Shown one piece after another: positions 17,762-27,048 of a DNA stretch of 64,000 bases. The notes beneath the pieces are model-generated. The model was not told where the DNA came from. It did not search any database and saw only the letters and a program-made list of their open reading frames with translations. The position numbers were made by a program, and so were the translations under genes. This DNA comes from Candidatus Peribacteraceae bacterium (lineage in GTDB: Bacteria > Patescibacteriota > Gracilibacteria > Peribacterales > Peribacteraceae): the NCBI GenBank assembly GCA_028718905.1, contig JAQUKV010000004.1, positions 19,523 through 83,522 of the forward strand, read 5' to 3'. Position 1 is the first letter of the stretch; every line of letters starts with the position of its first letter.

Positions 17762-18109
17762 ATGCGCGTCAAACGAGGCATCGTCCGGCATCGTCGTCAC
17801 CAGAAGATCCGCAAGCTCGCCAAGGGCTACCGCGGCATGCGTTCGAAGACATTTGTGATTGCACAGCAGGCCGTCATGAAGGCGGGGCAGCACGCGTACA
17901 AGGATCGCCGCCGCAAGAAGCGTGATTTCCGTTCCCTCTGGATCATCCGCCTGAATGCCGCGCTCCGTGAGCGGGGACTCAAGTACTCGACGGTGATGGG
18001 GATATTCCTCAAAAAGAAAATCGCGCTTGATCGTAAGGTTTTGAGTGAGTTCGCGATCCATGAGCCGGCTGTGTTTGATGCCGTATTGAAGGCGGCGGGG
18101 GTGAAATAA
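17762..18109 (+). CDS. rplT: 50S ribosomal protein L20
   Basis: MRVKRGIVRHRRHQKIRKLAKGYRG. Confidence 0.95.
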   Translation: MRVKRGIVRHRRHQKIRKLAKGYRGMRSKTFVIAQQAVMKAGQHAYKDRRRKKRDFRSLWIIRLNAALRERGLKYSTVMGIFLKKKIALDRKVLSEFAIHEPAVFDAVLKAAGVK

Positions 18110-18166
18110 GGCAGGAGTGGTTTGGTATCGCTGATGGTGGATTGGATGTGTTTCTTTTGTGTGATC

Positions 18167-18400
18167 TTTTCCACCTTTGTCGCGACAAAGCTTTGGCCAA
18201 AACGCCGGCGCGCCAACGCTCCTCCGCCTGGCCATGTGCTTCCTCGTCGGCTCCTACAAGGATTCGGAGCCGACTCGTCGGCATACTCGCGCACTTTTGC
18301 GTAACAAAAGTGCAGGGCATGGCTTTCCCCTTCACCCCCCGCCTGTCCGCCGTAGCCCGCATGGCGAAGGCGGATGTCGCGCCCCTCCCTTGCATCGCAA
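18167..18400 (+). repeat. structured intergenic repeat family, copy R2
   Basis: CTTTGTCGCGACAAAG, GGCGCGCCAACG, GGCTCC-11nt-GGAGCC, GCACTTTTG-5nt-CAAAAGTGC, CCCCTTCACCCCCC; lacks T/G tail. Confidence 0.7.
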
Positions 18401-18436
18401 AAAAATGTATTGGGCATGACCTCGCTGATATCTGTC

Positions 18437-19399
18437 TCATTTCCTCTTCACTCGCACGAACCCTGCGACGTCGAGGGTCTTTAAATTCTTTTCCTCCTTG
18501 GTCAGGAGATCGAGCATCAGGTTCATGCCGATCGTGTCGGAGGCGATGTGGCTGCACTGGATCATGTTCACATGCTTCTCTTTGGCTTTCTCGAGCGTCT
18601 TTTCCGTCACGTGCATCGACAGGATGGTGCCGACACCCGCAGCGGCCTGCGCCTCGAGAAATTCTTCGGGTCCGTTGGTGCCGCCGGTGAATTCCGTGGC
18701 CACGATTTTGCCGGGCCGCCCGCTCTTACTTCCGTTCGCGATGAGCGGCGGTACGCCCTTCTTGGCGTAGATCTTGAATTCCGGAATCTCGAGTAAAGCC
18801 GTGATGATCTCCCCGAGATCGTCATATGCCTTGTTGCAGATGGTTTTCTCCATGAAGCGCCACACCAGATTATCGGCGGGCGTGTGCGTGTTGAAGGCGG
18901 GAAAGCCGAGCAGCTCGGCCACGCGCTCGGTCGAGAAGAGATTGTCGGCGTGCACGGCGCGCGCCACTTTGTCCATGCGCGGACGCAGGTAGTTCTCGCT
19001 CTGGTTTACGGGTACGCCTACCAGCGCCAGCATATCCACCTGCAGGGACATCACCTTGCCCAGATCCCCGAGTGCCCGGCCTTCGGGGTGATGGAGCATG
19101 AGGGCGTCGATCTTGTGGCCGCGCTCGCGGAGCCTGTCCGCCAATAACACCTCCTCCGTCTCGATGTCGATGCCGACCATGAGCGTCTTCACATCTTCGT
19201 CACCGGTTCCGCAAATGATCCGCGAATCGGAGTACGGATTCCACAGTCTCTCTTCGTCGAAGTACTCTTTTTCCGCACCTTCCAGTTTGGCCGCACGTTC
19301 TTTCTGTTTCTTGAGGATCTTCTCCACTGCCTTGCGGCCGCGGGGATCGGCATCGATGCCGTGCTCGACTGCGGAGTGAAAAAGTTTGTTGAGTTTCAT
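18437..19399 (-). CDS. NIF3-family (GTP cyclohydrolase I type 2-like) protein
   Basis: 320 aa; LMLHHPEG and CSHIASD metal-site-like motifs. Confidence 0.65.
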   Translation of the reverse strand: MKLNKLFHSAVEHGIDADPRGRKAVEKILKKQKERAAKLEGAEKEYFDEERLWNPYSDSRIICGTGDEDVKTLMVGIDIETEEVLLADRLRERGHKIDALMLHHPEGRALGDLGKVMSLQVDMLALVGVPVNQSENYLRPRMDKVARAVHADNLFSTERVAELLGFPAFNTHTPADNLVWRFMEKTICNKAYDDLGEIITALLEIPEFKIYAKKGVPPLIANGSKSGRPGKIVATEFTGGTNGPEEFLEAQAAAGVGTILSMHVTEKTLEKAKEKHVNMIQCSHIASDTIGMNLMLDLLTKEEKNLKTLDVAGFVRVKRK

Positions 19400-19455
19400 G
19401 AAAAGAGCCTATCGCATGATCCGGCTTTGGGGCAAGAAAAAGGCGGCTTCCCGCT

Positions 19456-19872
19456 CTATGACCGTGTATGCCTGCCCATGACCACGCCTTGCCAGAGGAC
19501 CAATTTCTCCCGCAGAAGCTCATACCAATTGACATACGGCAAACTAGCATCAACGTAGTCCCGTGCTCCCGCTCTCTGCGCCTGTTGACCGAGTGCCGGG
19601 GTTCCGCATGATGTCAGACAGATAATGATGCATCGACGATGGCGGTCATGCAGTGTTCTGATGACTTCGATGCCGTCATCCAGCCGTCCGTCATCCGTGA
19701 GGTGCTGATTAACGACGGCAATATCTGGAACCATCTGTTGAATGAGGGCAAATGCTTCCTGCTGATTTTTGGCGATGTGGATGTTCTCCGATACGAACCC
19801 AGCCTCCTGTGCAGCCTGAACGACGTATTCTGTCATGTCGTCGTCTTTGATGATGGCGAGCTGAAGCCCCAT
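19456..19872 (-). CDS. stand-alone response-regulator receiver domain, degenerate (pseudo-receiver)
   Basis: IIKDDD acidic pocket and CLTS Thr present, but phospho-acceptor position reads VVN (Asp to Asn) and the conserved Lys is absent. Confidence 0.65.
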   Translation of the reverse strand: MGLQLAIIKDDDMTEYVVQAAQEAGFVSENIHIAKNQQEAFALIQQMVPDIAVVNQHLTDDGRLDDGIEVIRTLHDRHRRCIIICLTSCGTPALGQQAQRAGARDYVDASLPYVNWYELLREKLVLWQGVVMGRHTRS

Positions 19873-19929
19873 AAAGGAGCGGGATGGTAGAACCCATCTT
19901 GTTCCTTCGCAAGGAGCTTTCCAGTTCTT

Positions 19930-20163
19930 TCAACCTCGAGCCCGCAAGGTGAAACGGAGTTTCGTCTCCGAGCGTTCGCACATGGCTTCGAGTGTGACCC
20001 GGATTTCGGCTTCGGAATGATTCCAGAAATCGGCCACCACTTCGTCCCCCTGTGCCGCCTGAATCACGATGCCCTTGGCCGAGAGCTCGGCCACCCGCTT
20101 CGGATCCGCGTGCAGTTCTTGCATGAATATGTCTGCTGGTGCTGTGGTCAAAGCTGTTTCCAT
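19930..20163 (-). CDS. hypothetical small protein
   Basis: 77-aa ORF, no motif. Confidence 0.35.
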   Translation of the reverse strand: METALTTAPADIFMQELHADPKRVAELSAKGIVIQAAQGDEVVADFWNHSEAEIRVTLEAMCERSETKLRFTLRARG

Positions 20164-20275
20164 GGCTTCATTCTCTCCTCAATCGTCGGCGCGTCAATGC
20201 GCTTCAAAACCACCGACCTTTCCGTTCCCCGAAAAGCGAAGAGCCGCTACACTGCACATCTGTTTCCCCTTGCTC

Positions 20276-20746
20276 GTGGCGGTTCTGCACATCGTCTACT
20301 CCACTTCCACCGGCCACACGGAATACGTGGTCGATGCGCTCATCGCTGCGCTGCGCGCAGCCGCGCCCGCTCTCACCGTGGAACAACAGCGTGCGGAGAC
20401 CGTGCAGGCGGCGGACATCCTGCGCGGTGACGTGCTTCTGCTTGCCAGCGGCACGTGGAACACCGGCGGCAGCGAAGGCCAGTTGCATCCGCACATGTAT
20501 GCGCTTCTCAAAGACCGCGCAAAAGATTGTGACCTCCAGCAGAAACCGTGTGCGGTGATCGCGCTGGGGGATGACCGCTACTTCTACACCGCGCGCGCCA
20601 TGGAGCACCTGATGCAGTTTGTGACCCAGCATAACGGACAGGTGGCGGAGTCCTTTGTGATCGTGAATGAGCCGTACGGCCAGGAAGAGAAAGTGAACAA
20701 GTGGGCCGCCAAACTCCTCACCAAGTTTCCCGCCCTGGCCGCATGA
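20276..20746 (+). CDS. flavodoxin
   Basis: HIVYSTSTGHTEYV FMN-binding loop, LLLASGTWNTGG; GTG 20276 start inferred. Confidence 0.7.
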   Translation: MAVLHIVYSTSTGHTEYVVDALIAALRAAAPALTVEQQRAETVQAADILRGDVLLLASGTWNTGGSEGQLHPHMYALLKDRAKDCDLQQKPCAVIALGDDRYFYTARAMEHLMQFVTQHNGQVAESFVIVNEPYGQEEKVNKWAAKLLTKFPALAA

Positions 20747-20927
20747 GCAGAGTCGCCATCAAAATCGTCGGCCCGTCTCCGCTTCGCTCCGCCGAGGCAA
20801 TGGTGTTGGGTTCTTGCCCCGTTTTCTCATGACCAGACTGTCTCTGAAAATCGTCGGCGCACAAGGCCATGGTTCGACTTCGCTCACCATTGCCGCTCGT
20901 TCTGTTTGCGTTCCTCTGCTTTGAAAT

Positions 20928-22685
20928 ATGCCCCGTCTTGCTATTAAAATTGTTGGAGCGCAAGGGCAAGGAGTGAATTCCGTGGGCGAGATGTGCGCGA
21001 AGGGACTCAAGCGCAGCGGTTACTGCGTGTTCGGGTACCGCGAGTACATGTCGCTCATCCGGGGCGGGCACAGTAGTTACCAGCTTGATATCAGTGCGGA
21101 GCCTGTACGCAGCTCTGTGACCTCCGTCGATATCGTCGTGACTTTCAATCATCACGGTATCGAGAAAAATCTTCGCGATCTCAAAAAGGGCGGCATTCTC
21201 CTCCACCAGACGCCGCAGTGGAAATTCAGGAACGCCGACGATCAGGCGTTCATTGCCGAGCAGGGGATCCGCCTGATCGAGCTCCCCACCGAGGCGATCC
21301 TTAAAAAGCTCAAAGCGAAACCCATCTTGGGCAATGTGCTCATCACGGCGGCGGTGTGGTCGCTCCTCGGCCAGTCGCAGGAGCAATTGCATGCATTGGT
21401 GCGCGAGCAGTTCGGGCACAAGAAGGATCTCCTCGATCTCAATCTCGCATGCATCGCCGAGGGGTTTGCCGCGTGCAACTCCATTGCGCCCGGCGTGACA
21501 CTTGCGCTCCCCAAGGCCGATCTGCAGTGGAAGGACCATCTGCTCATTACGGGGAGCCAGGCCATGGGGCTGGGGCTCATCCATGCGGGGTGCCGGCTGT
21601 TCGCGGGGTATCCCATGACGCCCTCCTCGCCGCTCCTCACCTTCATTGCGGACATGCAGAACGAAACCAAGATGGTCGTGAAACAGGCGGAGGATGAGAT
21701 CACGGCGGCGCAGATGATGACGGGTGCGATGCACATGGGCACGCGCGCGGCCACGGCGACGAGTGGCGGGGGATTCGACCTGATGACCGAGACGCTTTCG
21801 CTCACGGGAGTCACCGAGACGCCTGCCGTTTTCATCATCGCGCAGCGGCCCGGTCCGGGTACGGGGCTGCCCACGTGGACGGCGCAGGGCGATCTGCTTC
21901 TGGCGGTCGGGAGCGGACACGGGGAGTTCCCGCGGCTCGTTCTTGCGGTGAGTGATGCGCAGGATGCGTTCGATCTGATGCCGCAGGCCTTCAACTTTGC
22001 CGAGGAATTTCAGATTCCCGTGATCGTTCTCACTGACAAGCATGCGGCTGAGGCGCTCTTCACACAGCCGTCTTTCGATCAGAAACGTGCCGTTCTCAAG
22101 CGCGGCAGGCTCGTCACCGATCCGAAGGAATTGGAGAAGCTTGCGTCCGCCGATCGCTACGATCCCGCCGCTCCCGACGGGATTTCGAAGCGGTGGCTGC
22201 CGGGCAGCGAAGCAGCGACCTATCTCGCACAGGGCTACGAGCATGCACCGGACGGCTCGTTCGACGAAACACCGGCCAATGCGCGCGCACAGATGGAGAA
22301 GCGTCTGAAAAAGATGGAGGCGTTGAAGAAAACCCTGCCCGAGCCGCTCTACATCGGACCCAAGAATCCCGAAACGCTGATCGTGAGCTGGGGCAGCAAC
22401 CGCGGAGTGATCTTGGACGTGCTGGAGAGTTCCGCGTGCAAGAAGCGGAGTATCGGATATCTGCACTATCAGTACCTCTGGCCTCTCAGGACGGAGGCAT
22501 TCGAAATGCTCTCGCGCACGGCCAAGCGCACCGTCTTCGTCGAGTGCAATCATGGCGGACAGCTGGCGTCGCTGCTCAAGCTCGCCTGCGGACGTGACGT
22601 GACGCAGCGCATCCTCACGTTCGACGGACGGCCGTTCTTCTATGAGGAACTTTGTGACCGCATTCTTTCCGTTTTGCAGTCATGA
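20928..22685 (+). CDS. korA: 2-oxoacid:ferredoxin oxidoreductase, fused gamma/alpha subunit
   Basis: IKIVGAQGQGVNSVGEM gamma-domain start followed by alpha-domain blocks (GYPMTPSS, ATSGGGF). Confidence 0.85.
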   Translation: MPRLAIKIVGAQGQGVNSVGEMCAKGLKRSGYCVFGYREYMSLIRGGHSSYQLDISAEPVRSSVTSVDIVVTFNHHGIEKNLRDLKKGGILLHQTPQWKFRNADDQAFIAEQGIRLIELPTEAILKKLKAKPILGNVLITAAVWSLLGQSQEQLHALVREQFGHKKDLLDLNLACIAEGFAACNSIAPGVTLALPKADLQWKDHLLITGSQAMGLGLIHAGCRLFAGYPMTPSSPLLTFIADMQNETKMVVKQAEDEITAAQMMTGAMHMGTRAATATSGGGFDLMTETLSLTGVTETPAVFIIAQRPGPGTGLPTWTAQGDLLLAVGSGHGEFPRLVLAVSDAQDAFDLMPQAFNFAEEFQIPVIVLTDKHAAEALFTQPSFDQKRAVLKRGRLVTDPKELEKLASADRYDPAAPDGISKRWLPGSEAATYLAQGYEHAPDGSFDETPANARAQMEKRLKKMEALKKTLPEPLYIGPKNPETLIVSWGSNRGVILDVLESSACKKRSIGYLHYQYLWPLRTEAFEMLSRTAKRTVFVECNHGGQLASLLKLACGRDVTQRILTFDGRPFFYEELCDRILSVLQS

Positions 22686-23593
22686 AAAAGTCCGATTCCT
22701 CCGCCGGCCCGTTCATGCACGACTTCGCGTCTCCCAATCCCTGCACGTGGTGCGACGGATGCGGCGACTACGGTATCTGGACGGCGGCCAAGCGCGCGCT
22801 CGTTACGCTCAAGATCGCTCCTTCGCAGGTGCTCCTCTGTTACGACGTCGGGTGTCACGGCAACATGTCCGATAAGATCGGCGGGTATCGCATGCACGGA
22901 CTCCACGGGCGCGTCATCCCGTTGGCGGCCGGAGCTGCGCTGGCAAATCCCGCGATTCCGGTGATCGCCTTCGGCGGCGACGGAGCCAGCTTTTCGGAGG
23001 GCGTGGGGCACCTGGTGCACGGAATCCGGAGCAACTACCGCATGACCTTCGTCATGCACAACAATGCGAATTACGGGCTCACCACGGGGCAGGCGAGCGC
23101 GCTGACGTGGCAGAACCAGCCGATGAATTCCTCGCCCAACGGCATTCCCGAAGAGACCCTGAACAGTATGGATTTCGTCTTCTCGCTCAAGCCCACGTTC
23201 GTGGCGCGCGGATGGAGCGGCGATATTGCACAGATGACCCGCATCCTCACGGCCGCCATCCGCCACCGCGGGTTCGCGTACGTGGATATGTTGCAGGCGT
23301 GTCCCAGTTACAACAAGTTCGCCACGCACGAGTGGCTGATGCAGCATTGTTACGACGTGAATGCGGACCCTTCGACTTCGCTCAGGGCAGGGGGGCATGA
23401 TCCCAAAGATTTTGCGAAGGCCCGTTCGCTCGCCGTGGATACCCAAAACCGCGTGGCGACGGGGATCCTCTATCAGACGGAGGACGTTCCTGCGTTCCAC
23501 GAGCGGCTGAAGGCTCGCGAGGGGGCCGTGACCACTCCCGTCGAAGAGGTGAAAATTGTGGATACGACGCAGTGGGAGCGCGTATTTCTCTGA
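22682..23593 (+). CDS. korB: 2-oxoacid:ferredoxin oxidoreductase beta (TPP-binding) subunit
   Basis: CTWCDGCGDYGI, GGDGASFSEG; ATGA overlap with korA. Confidence 0.85.
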   Translation: MKKSDSSAGPFMHDFASPNPCTWCDGCGDYGIWTAAKRALVTLKIAPSQVLLCYDVGCHGNMSDKIGGYRMHGLHGRVIPLAAGAALANPAIPVIAFGGDGASFSEGVGHLVHGIRSNYRMTFVMHNNANYGLTTGQASALTWQNQPMNSSPNGIPEETLNSMDFVFSLKPTFVARGWSGDIAQMTRILTAAIRHRGFAYVDMLQACPSYNKFATHEWLMQHCYDVNADPSTSLRAGGHDPKDFAKARSLAVDTQNRVATGILYQTEDVPAFHERLKAREGAVTTPVEEVKIVDTTQWERVFL

Positions 23594-23647
23594 TTGTTCG
23601 CTTGACGGTTCGCCGTGCATCCTTAGACTGATGCCTCCTTTTTCCTC

Positions 23648-24331
23648 ATGGAGAAGCCAACGGATCAGCAACGGGTGTTCATCGCGGGCCGCGTGCCGGG
23701 AGCAATCGCAGTCCTTCCGGCACAAGCCATTGAGGATCCCACGCTCGAAGGGTATGTCCGCGAGACCTGCGAGCAGGTGCTGACAGTGGTTGAAGTGGAA
23801 TTTGCTCAGGAAGGGAAGCTGCCGGAGGCGGTGTTCGTATTGGTCCGTGATCTTCGGGTCGCATATATCCGTGCCGTGGACGGGAGGCAGGAGGATGCAA
23901 GCCTCATTGCGAGATTTTGTCGTGTGCTTGGTGAAACACTTCCGGAGACGGAGCCTGTCGATTCTTCCGTTGTGGATACTTCTTCCCAAGAGCCCGATTT
24001 GGATTCCCTCTCTTCTGATGAGCTCGCGACTCTTTGCGCTGAGAAACTCTCGAAGGCAGAATTCATTTTGAAGCAAGGCGGAGATCTCACTCCATTCCAA
24101 ATAAATCGTCTTTACCGTCTGCGCGATGCGTACAACGAGGCGCTCGACCGTGAGGCGGAAGACGAAGACGATGAGAATGACGGGGATATGGCGCTGTATA
24201 CCCGGTTCAAAGTGGTCCTGGGTGAGGTGCCCAAAAATGAGCAGAAAGGTCGCCCCTTCCCGCGGAGTGATCGCGTAAAATCAGCGGAAACTTCACGGGG
24301 AGGGTCCACATTCATCGCACGAAAGCGTTGA
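23648..24331 (+). CDS. hypothetical acidic protein
   Basis: 227-aa ORF, no motif. Confidence 0.45.
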   Translation: MEKPTDQQRVFIAGRVPGAIAVLPAQAIEDPTLEGYVRETCEQVLTVVEVEFAQEGKLPEAVFVLVRDLRVAYIRAVDGRQEDASLIARFCRVLGETLPETEPVDSSVVDTSSQEPDLDSLSSDELATLCAEKLSKAEFILKQGGDLTPFQINRLYRLRDAYNEALDREAEDEDDENDGDMALYTRFKVVLGEVPKNEQKGRPFPRSDRVKSAETSRGGSTFIARKR

Positions 24332-24368
24332 GTACGGGGATTGATCGGGTGCTAGACTTTCGCATGTC

Positions 24369-25172
24369 ATGCGCATCGACATTCTTACGTTGTTTCCGGG
24401 CATGTTCACGGGTCCTCTGACCGAGAGCATTCTTGCGCGTGCGTCCACCTTCGTCCCGCAGGGCGGGACTACGGCGGACAGGCAGAACGAGAAACCGATG
24501 CAGATACATCTGCATGATCTTCGCGCATTCGGGCGCGGCAAATATCATCAGGTGGACGACTCACCGTACGGCGGCGGGGCGGGGATGGTGATGCGGGCGG
24601 ATGTGATTGTGCCGGCACTGGAGACAGTTGTTGCCGAAGGTATGGGGGGGAAGGGAGGCGTGGAAGGTCAGGAAGGACAGGAAAGTAAGGGAGGCGTGGA
24701 AGGTCAGGAAGGACAGAAAGGAAAGAAAAGAAATATAGGAAATAGAGGAGAACCGTGGAGGATCTATTTTTCACCGAGGGGCAAAAAGCTCACGCAGACG
24801 AAGGTGGAGAAACTGGCCAAGCGTGATTGGCTGGTCTTGCTCTGCGGGCATTACGAGGGGATTGATCAGCGCATCATCGACGGCGGGTGGATCGATGAGG
24901 AAATCAGCATCGGCGATTACGTGCTCACGGGCGGCGAACTTCCGGCTATGGTGCTCATTGATGCCGTCGCCCGGCAGATCCCCGGCGTGCTCGGCAAAGA
25001 TGAGTCGGCGGAAGAAGAGAGTTTCTCATCTTCCCTTGGCCGCAAGAAGGAATATCCCCACTACACGCGGCCGGAGATATTTGAGGGGCTCAAAGTGCCG
25101 GATGTGCTCCTGTCGGGGAATCATAAGGAGATTGAGAAGTGGAGGAAGGAGCGGGTAGGTGGCAAGGGATGA
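24369..25172 (+). CDS. trmD: tRNA (guanine37-N1)-methyltransferase with low-complexity insert
   Basis: MRIDILTLFPGMF, DDSPYGGGAGMVM, LLCGHYEGIDQR, ISIGDYVLTGGELPA. Confidence 0.85.
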   Translation: MRIDILTLFPGMFTGPLTESILARASTFVPQGGTTADRQNEKPMQIHLHDLRAFGRGKYHQVDDSPYGGGAGMVMRADVIVPALETVVAEGMGGKGGVEGQEGQESKGGVEGQEGQKGKKRNIGNRGEPWRIYFSPRGKKLTQTKVEKLAKRDWLVLLCGHYEGIDQRIIDGGWIDEEISIGDYVLTGGELPAMVLIDAVARQIPGVLGKDESAEEESFSSSLGRKKEYPHYTRPEIFEGLKVPDVLLSGNHKEIEKWRKERVGGKG

Positions 25173-25438
25173 GAGCCATCCGTTTTTGTTGACGCGACGG
25201 AAAGCGGTTCTACAATTTCCCCCTTATGTTCGACTGTGACAAAATCGGCCGCGAGTGGGCGGAGCAGCAGAAACGGCATCCGACAGAATTGGAGATGGCA
25301 GGGTTGCTCAGCCATGCCCCCGAGTCGAACAAGGGTGCACTCTCCGTCGCGATACGCAGAATCATTAAACGCTGTCTCTCAAAACAGAATCGGGATGATC
25401 CGGCGGCGAACCATCGGTGAGGAGCGTATGCTCTGCGC

Positions 25439-25705
25439 ATGTTTTCCGCGCTGATCCGCAAACTGCATCAGAACGGCTCTGTTGATTTTTCTGTCCGCGT
25501 GCATCCCGGCTCGAAGCATACTCACGTGAAGGCAGTCATGGCCGATGGCACACTCAAGATTGATATTGCGGCGGCTCCGGAACACGGCAAAGCCAATGCG
25601 GCACTCATTTGTTTTCTGGCGGAGAGATTCGATGTGCCAAAGTCGCACGTGGAAATACAGAAGGGTCAGACATCGAGGGCGAAAATCGTGCGCGTGCGGA
25701 GTTAG
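25439..25705 (+). CDS. DUF167 (YggU-like) protein
   Basis: LKIDIAAAPEHGKANAALICFLAERFDVPKSHVEIQKGQTSRAKIV. Confidence 0.65.
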   Translation: MFSALIRKLHQNGSVDFSVRVHPGSKHTHVKAVMADGTLKIDIAAAPEHGKANAALICFLAERFDVPKSHVEIQKGQTSRAKIVRVRS

Positions 25706-26256
25706 CGGAGCCTGCCCATTTCATCCAGTAACCGCTGAAATGTCGTGTAGCCCGCCGCTGCATTGAAGTGTCCTCCCTTCTTGATCAGTGTCACTTTCAC
25801 GCCGAGATTCCGCGCAAGCGCTTCGGTCTTCTCCGGTGCGATGTACGGGTCATCATCCGATCCGATCACATGGATCTCCCCTGCGTATTTCCGGATTGTC
25901 TTCCAGTCGTAGGTGGCAGCGGTGAAGCTCGTCATGAGAGAGTCGAAGGCATTGCCCATCACGTTCCAGGCGGGGGCGATGAGAACGGTGGCGTGCACCG
26001 GCTGTCTGCACCGTTCGAGCAGTCGGAGAGCGAAGGCACTTCCGAGACTGTGACCGATAAGAATGGAATGGTCATCGAGGTTGATCCGGCATTGCGAGAA
26101 GCATGCCAGCCACTCTTCAAGATTCGGATGATCGGAGCACGGGAACGCGGGAATAACCACACGGTGCCCCGCCTTCTGAAGCTCGGTCTTGAGCCACGGG
26201 AACCAGTTTTCTTCCGGATGTCCCTGAATGCCGTGAAAGATGCAGACCAGAGCCAT
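25702..26256 (-). CDS. alpha/beta hydrolase, YdeN/RBBP9-like serine hydrolase
   Basis: 184 aa; ILIGHSLGS nucleophile elbow. Confidence 0.6.
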   Translation of the reverse strand: MALVCIFHGIQGHPEENWFPWLKTELQKAGHRVVIPAFPCSDHPNLEEWLACFSQCRINLDDHSILIGHSLGSAFALRLLERCRQPVHATVLIAPAWNVMGNAFDSLMTSFTAATYDWKTIRKYAGEIHVIGSDDDPYIAPEKTEALARNLGVKVTLIKKGGHFNAAAGYTTFQRLLDEMGRLR

Positions 26257-26265
26257 GTTGTCAGT

Positions 26266-27003
26266 TTACTCCTCTTGTTCTTTTTGTTGTTTCAGCGCCT
26301 CCGTGATTCTGCCTTTGAGGTCGGAGTAGTATGGTAAACCGATGAATTTTTCGCCGTTGAGGAAGAAGGTCGGTACGACCTCCACGCCCAAGCTCTGCGC
26401 CCAGATTTGCTGGCTTTCGAGGAGCATTTTCGTCCGGGCGCTTTTCATGCAGTCGTCCAACAGGGCGGTAGAGAGCTTCAGATCCACCGCGTACGACAGG
26501 ATGGCCTCTTTGGATTTGTTGGGGTTGCGGAAGAGTGCGTCGTGCATGACGAGGCCCTTTCCCTGTGCGGCACTGCAAATGAATCCGATCGAGGCGTCGG
26601 TGCTCTTCTGGTACTTCTGCAGCGGAAGCATGGCGATCTCAAGCTTGAGCGTTCCCGGATCCAGAAAATCGGTCTTGAGCCGCGGAAAGATTTCGAAGAG
26701 GAACTGGCGGCAGTAACTGCAATGGTGTTCCGTGATCATGAGGAGGGTCAAAGGGGCATGTGCATTGCCCACCTCCAGTATGCCGGTGGCAAGGAACCGT
26801 TCCGCAAGCGCTCCCGATTCCGTTCGCTCTTCGGTCGCCGGCATACCTTCGCCGATTTCCTCCCCCTGTAATTCAATGAAAGCCGCACTCTCGCTCGATG
26901 AAGAGGACGAGGCATTCTGCTGTTGCTGTGCGGGCGGTGATGGGAGGGTGCAGGCTGCGAGGAGGATTCCGCAGGAGAGAGTGAGGAAGGTGATTTTGCG
27001 CAT
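26266..27003 (-). CDS. DsbA/thioredoxin-fold lipoprotein
   Basis: MRKITFLTLSCGILLAAC lipobox, CSYC (CxxC) active site; ATG 27003 chosen. Confidence 0.7.
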   Translation of the reverse strand: MRKITFLTLSCGILLAACTLPSPPAQQQQNASSSSSSESAAFIELQGEEIGEGMPATEERTESGALAERFLATGILEVGNAHAPLTLLMITEHHCSYCRQFLFEIFPRLKTDFLDPGTLKLEIAMLPLQKYQKSTDASIGFICSAAQGKGLVMHDALFRNPNKSKEAILSYAVDLKLSTALLDDCMKSARTKMLLESQQIWAQSLGVEVVPTFFLNGEKFIGLPYYSDLKGRITEALKQQKEQEE

Positions 27004-27048
27004 GGGGTGCCACTCTATCAGAGGGAGGAGGGGGAGGCGAATGAGTTT

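Noticed and set aside
20718-24100. 611-aa and 486-aa minus-strand ORFs (20718-22553, 22640-24100)
   Set aside because: They are shadows of korA and korB. They have no motifs and a low-complexity Arg-rich translation. The same reasoning applies to 5870-7195, 9051-9884, 9919-11031, 11657-12604, 36856-38535, 50909-52351, 53875-55074 and 60100-60987.
25226-25420. 64-aa ORF between trmD and the DUF167 gene
   Set aside because: It has no motif, its length is marginal for this GC content, and a start-site signal cannot be judged by eye. I left it unannotated.
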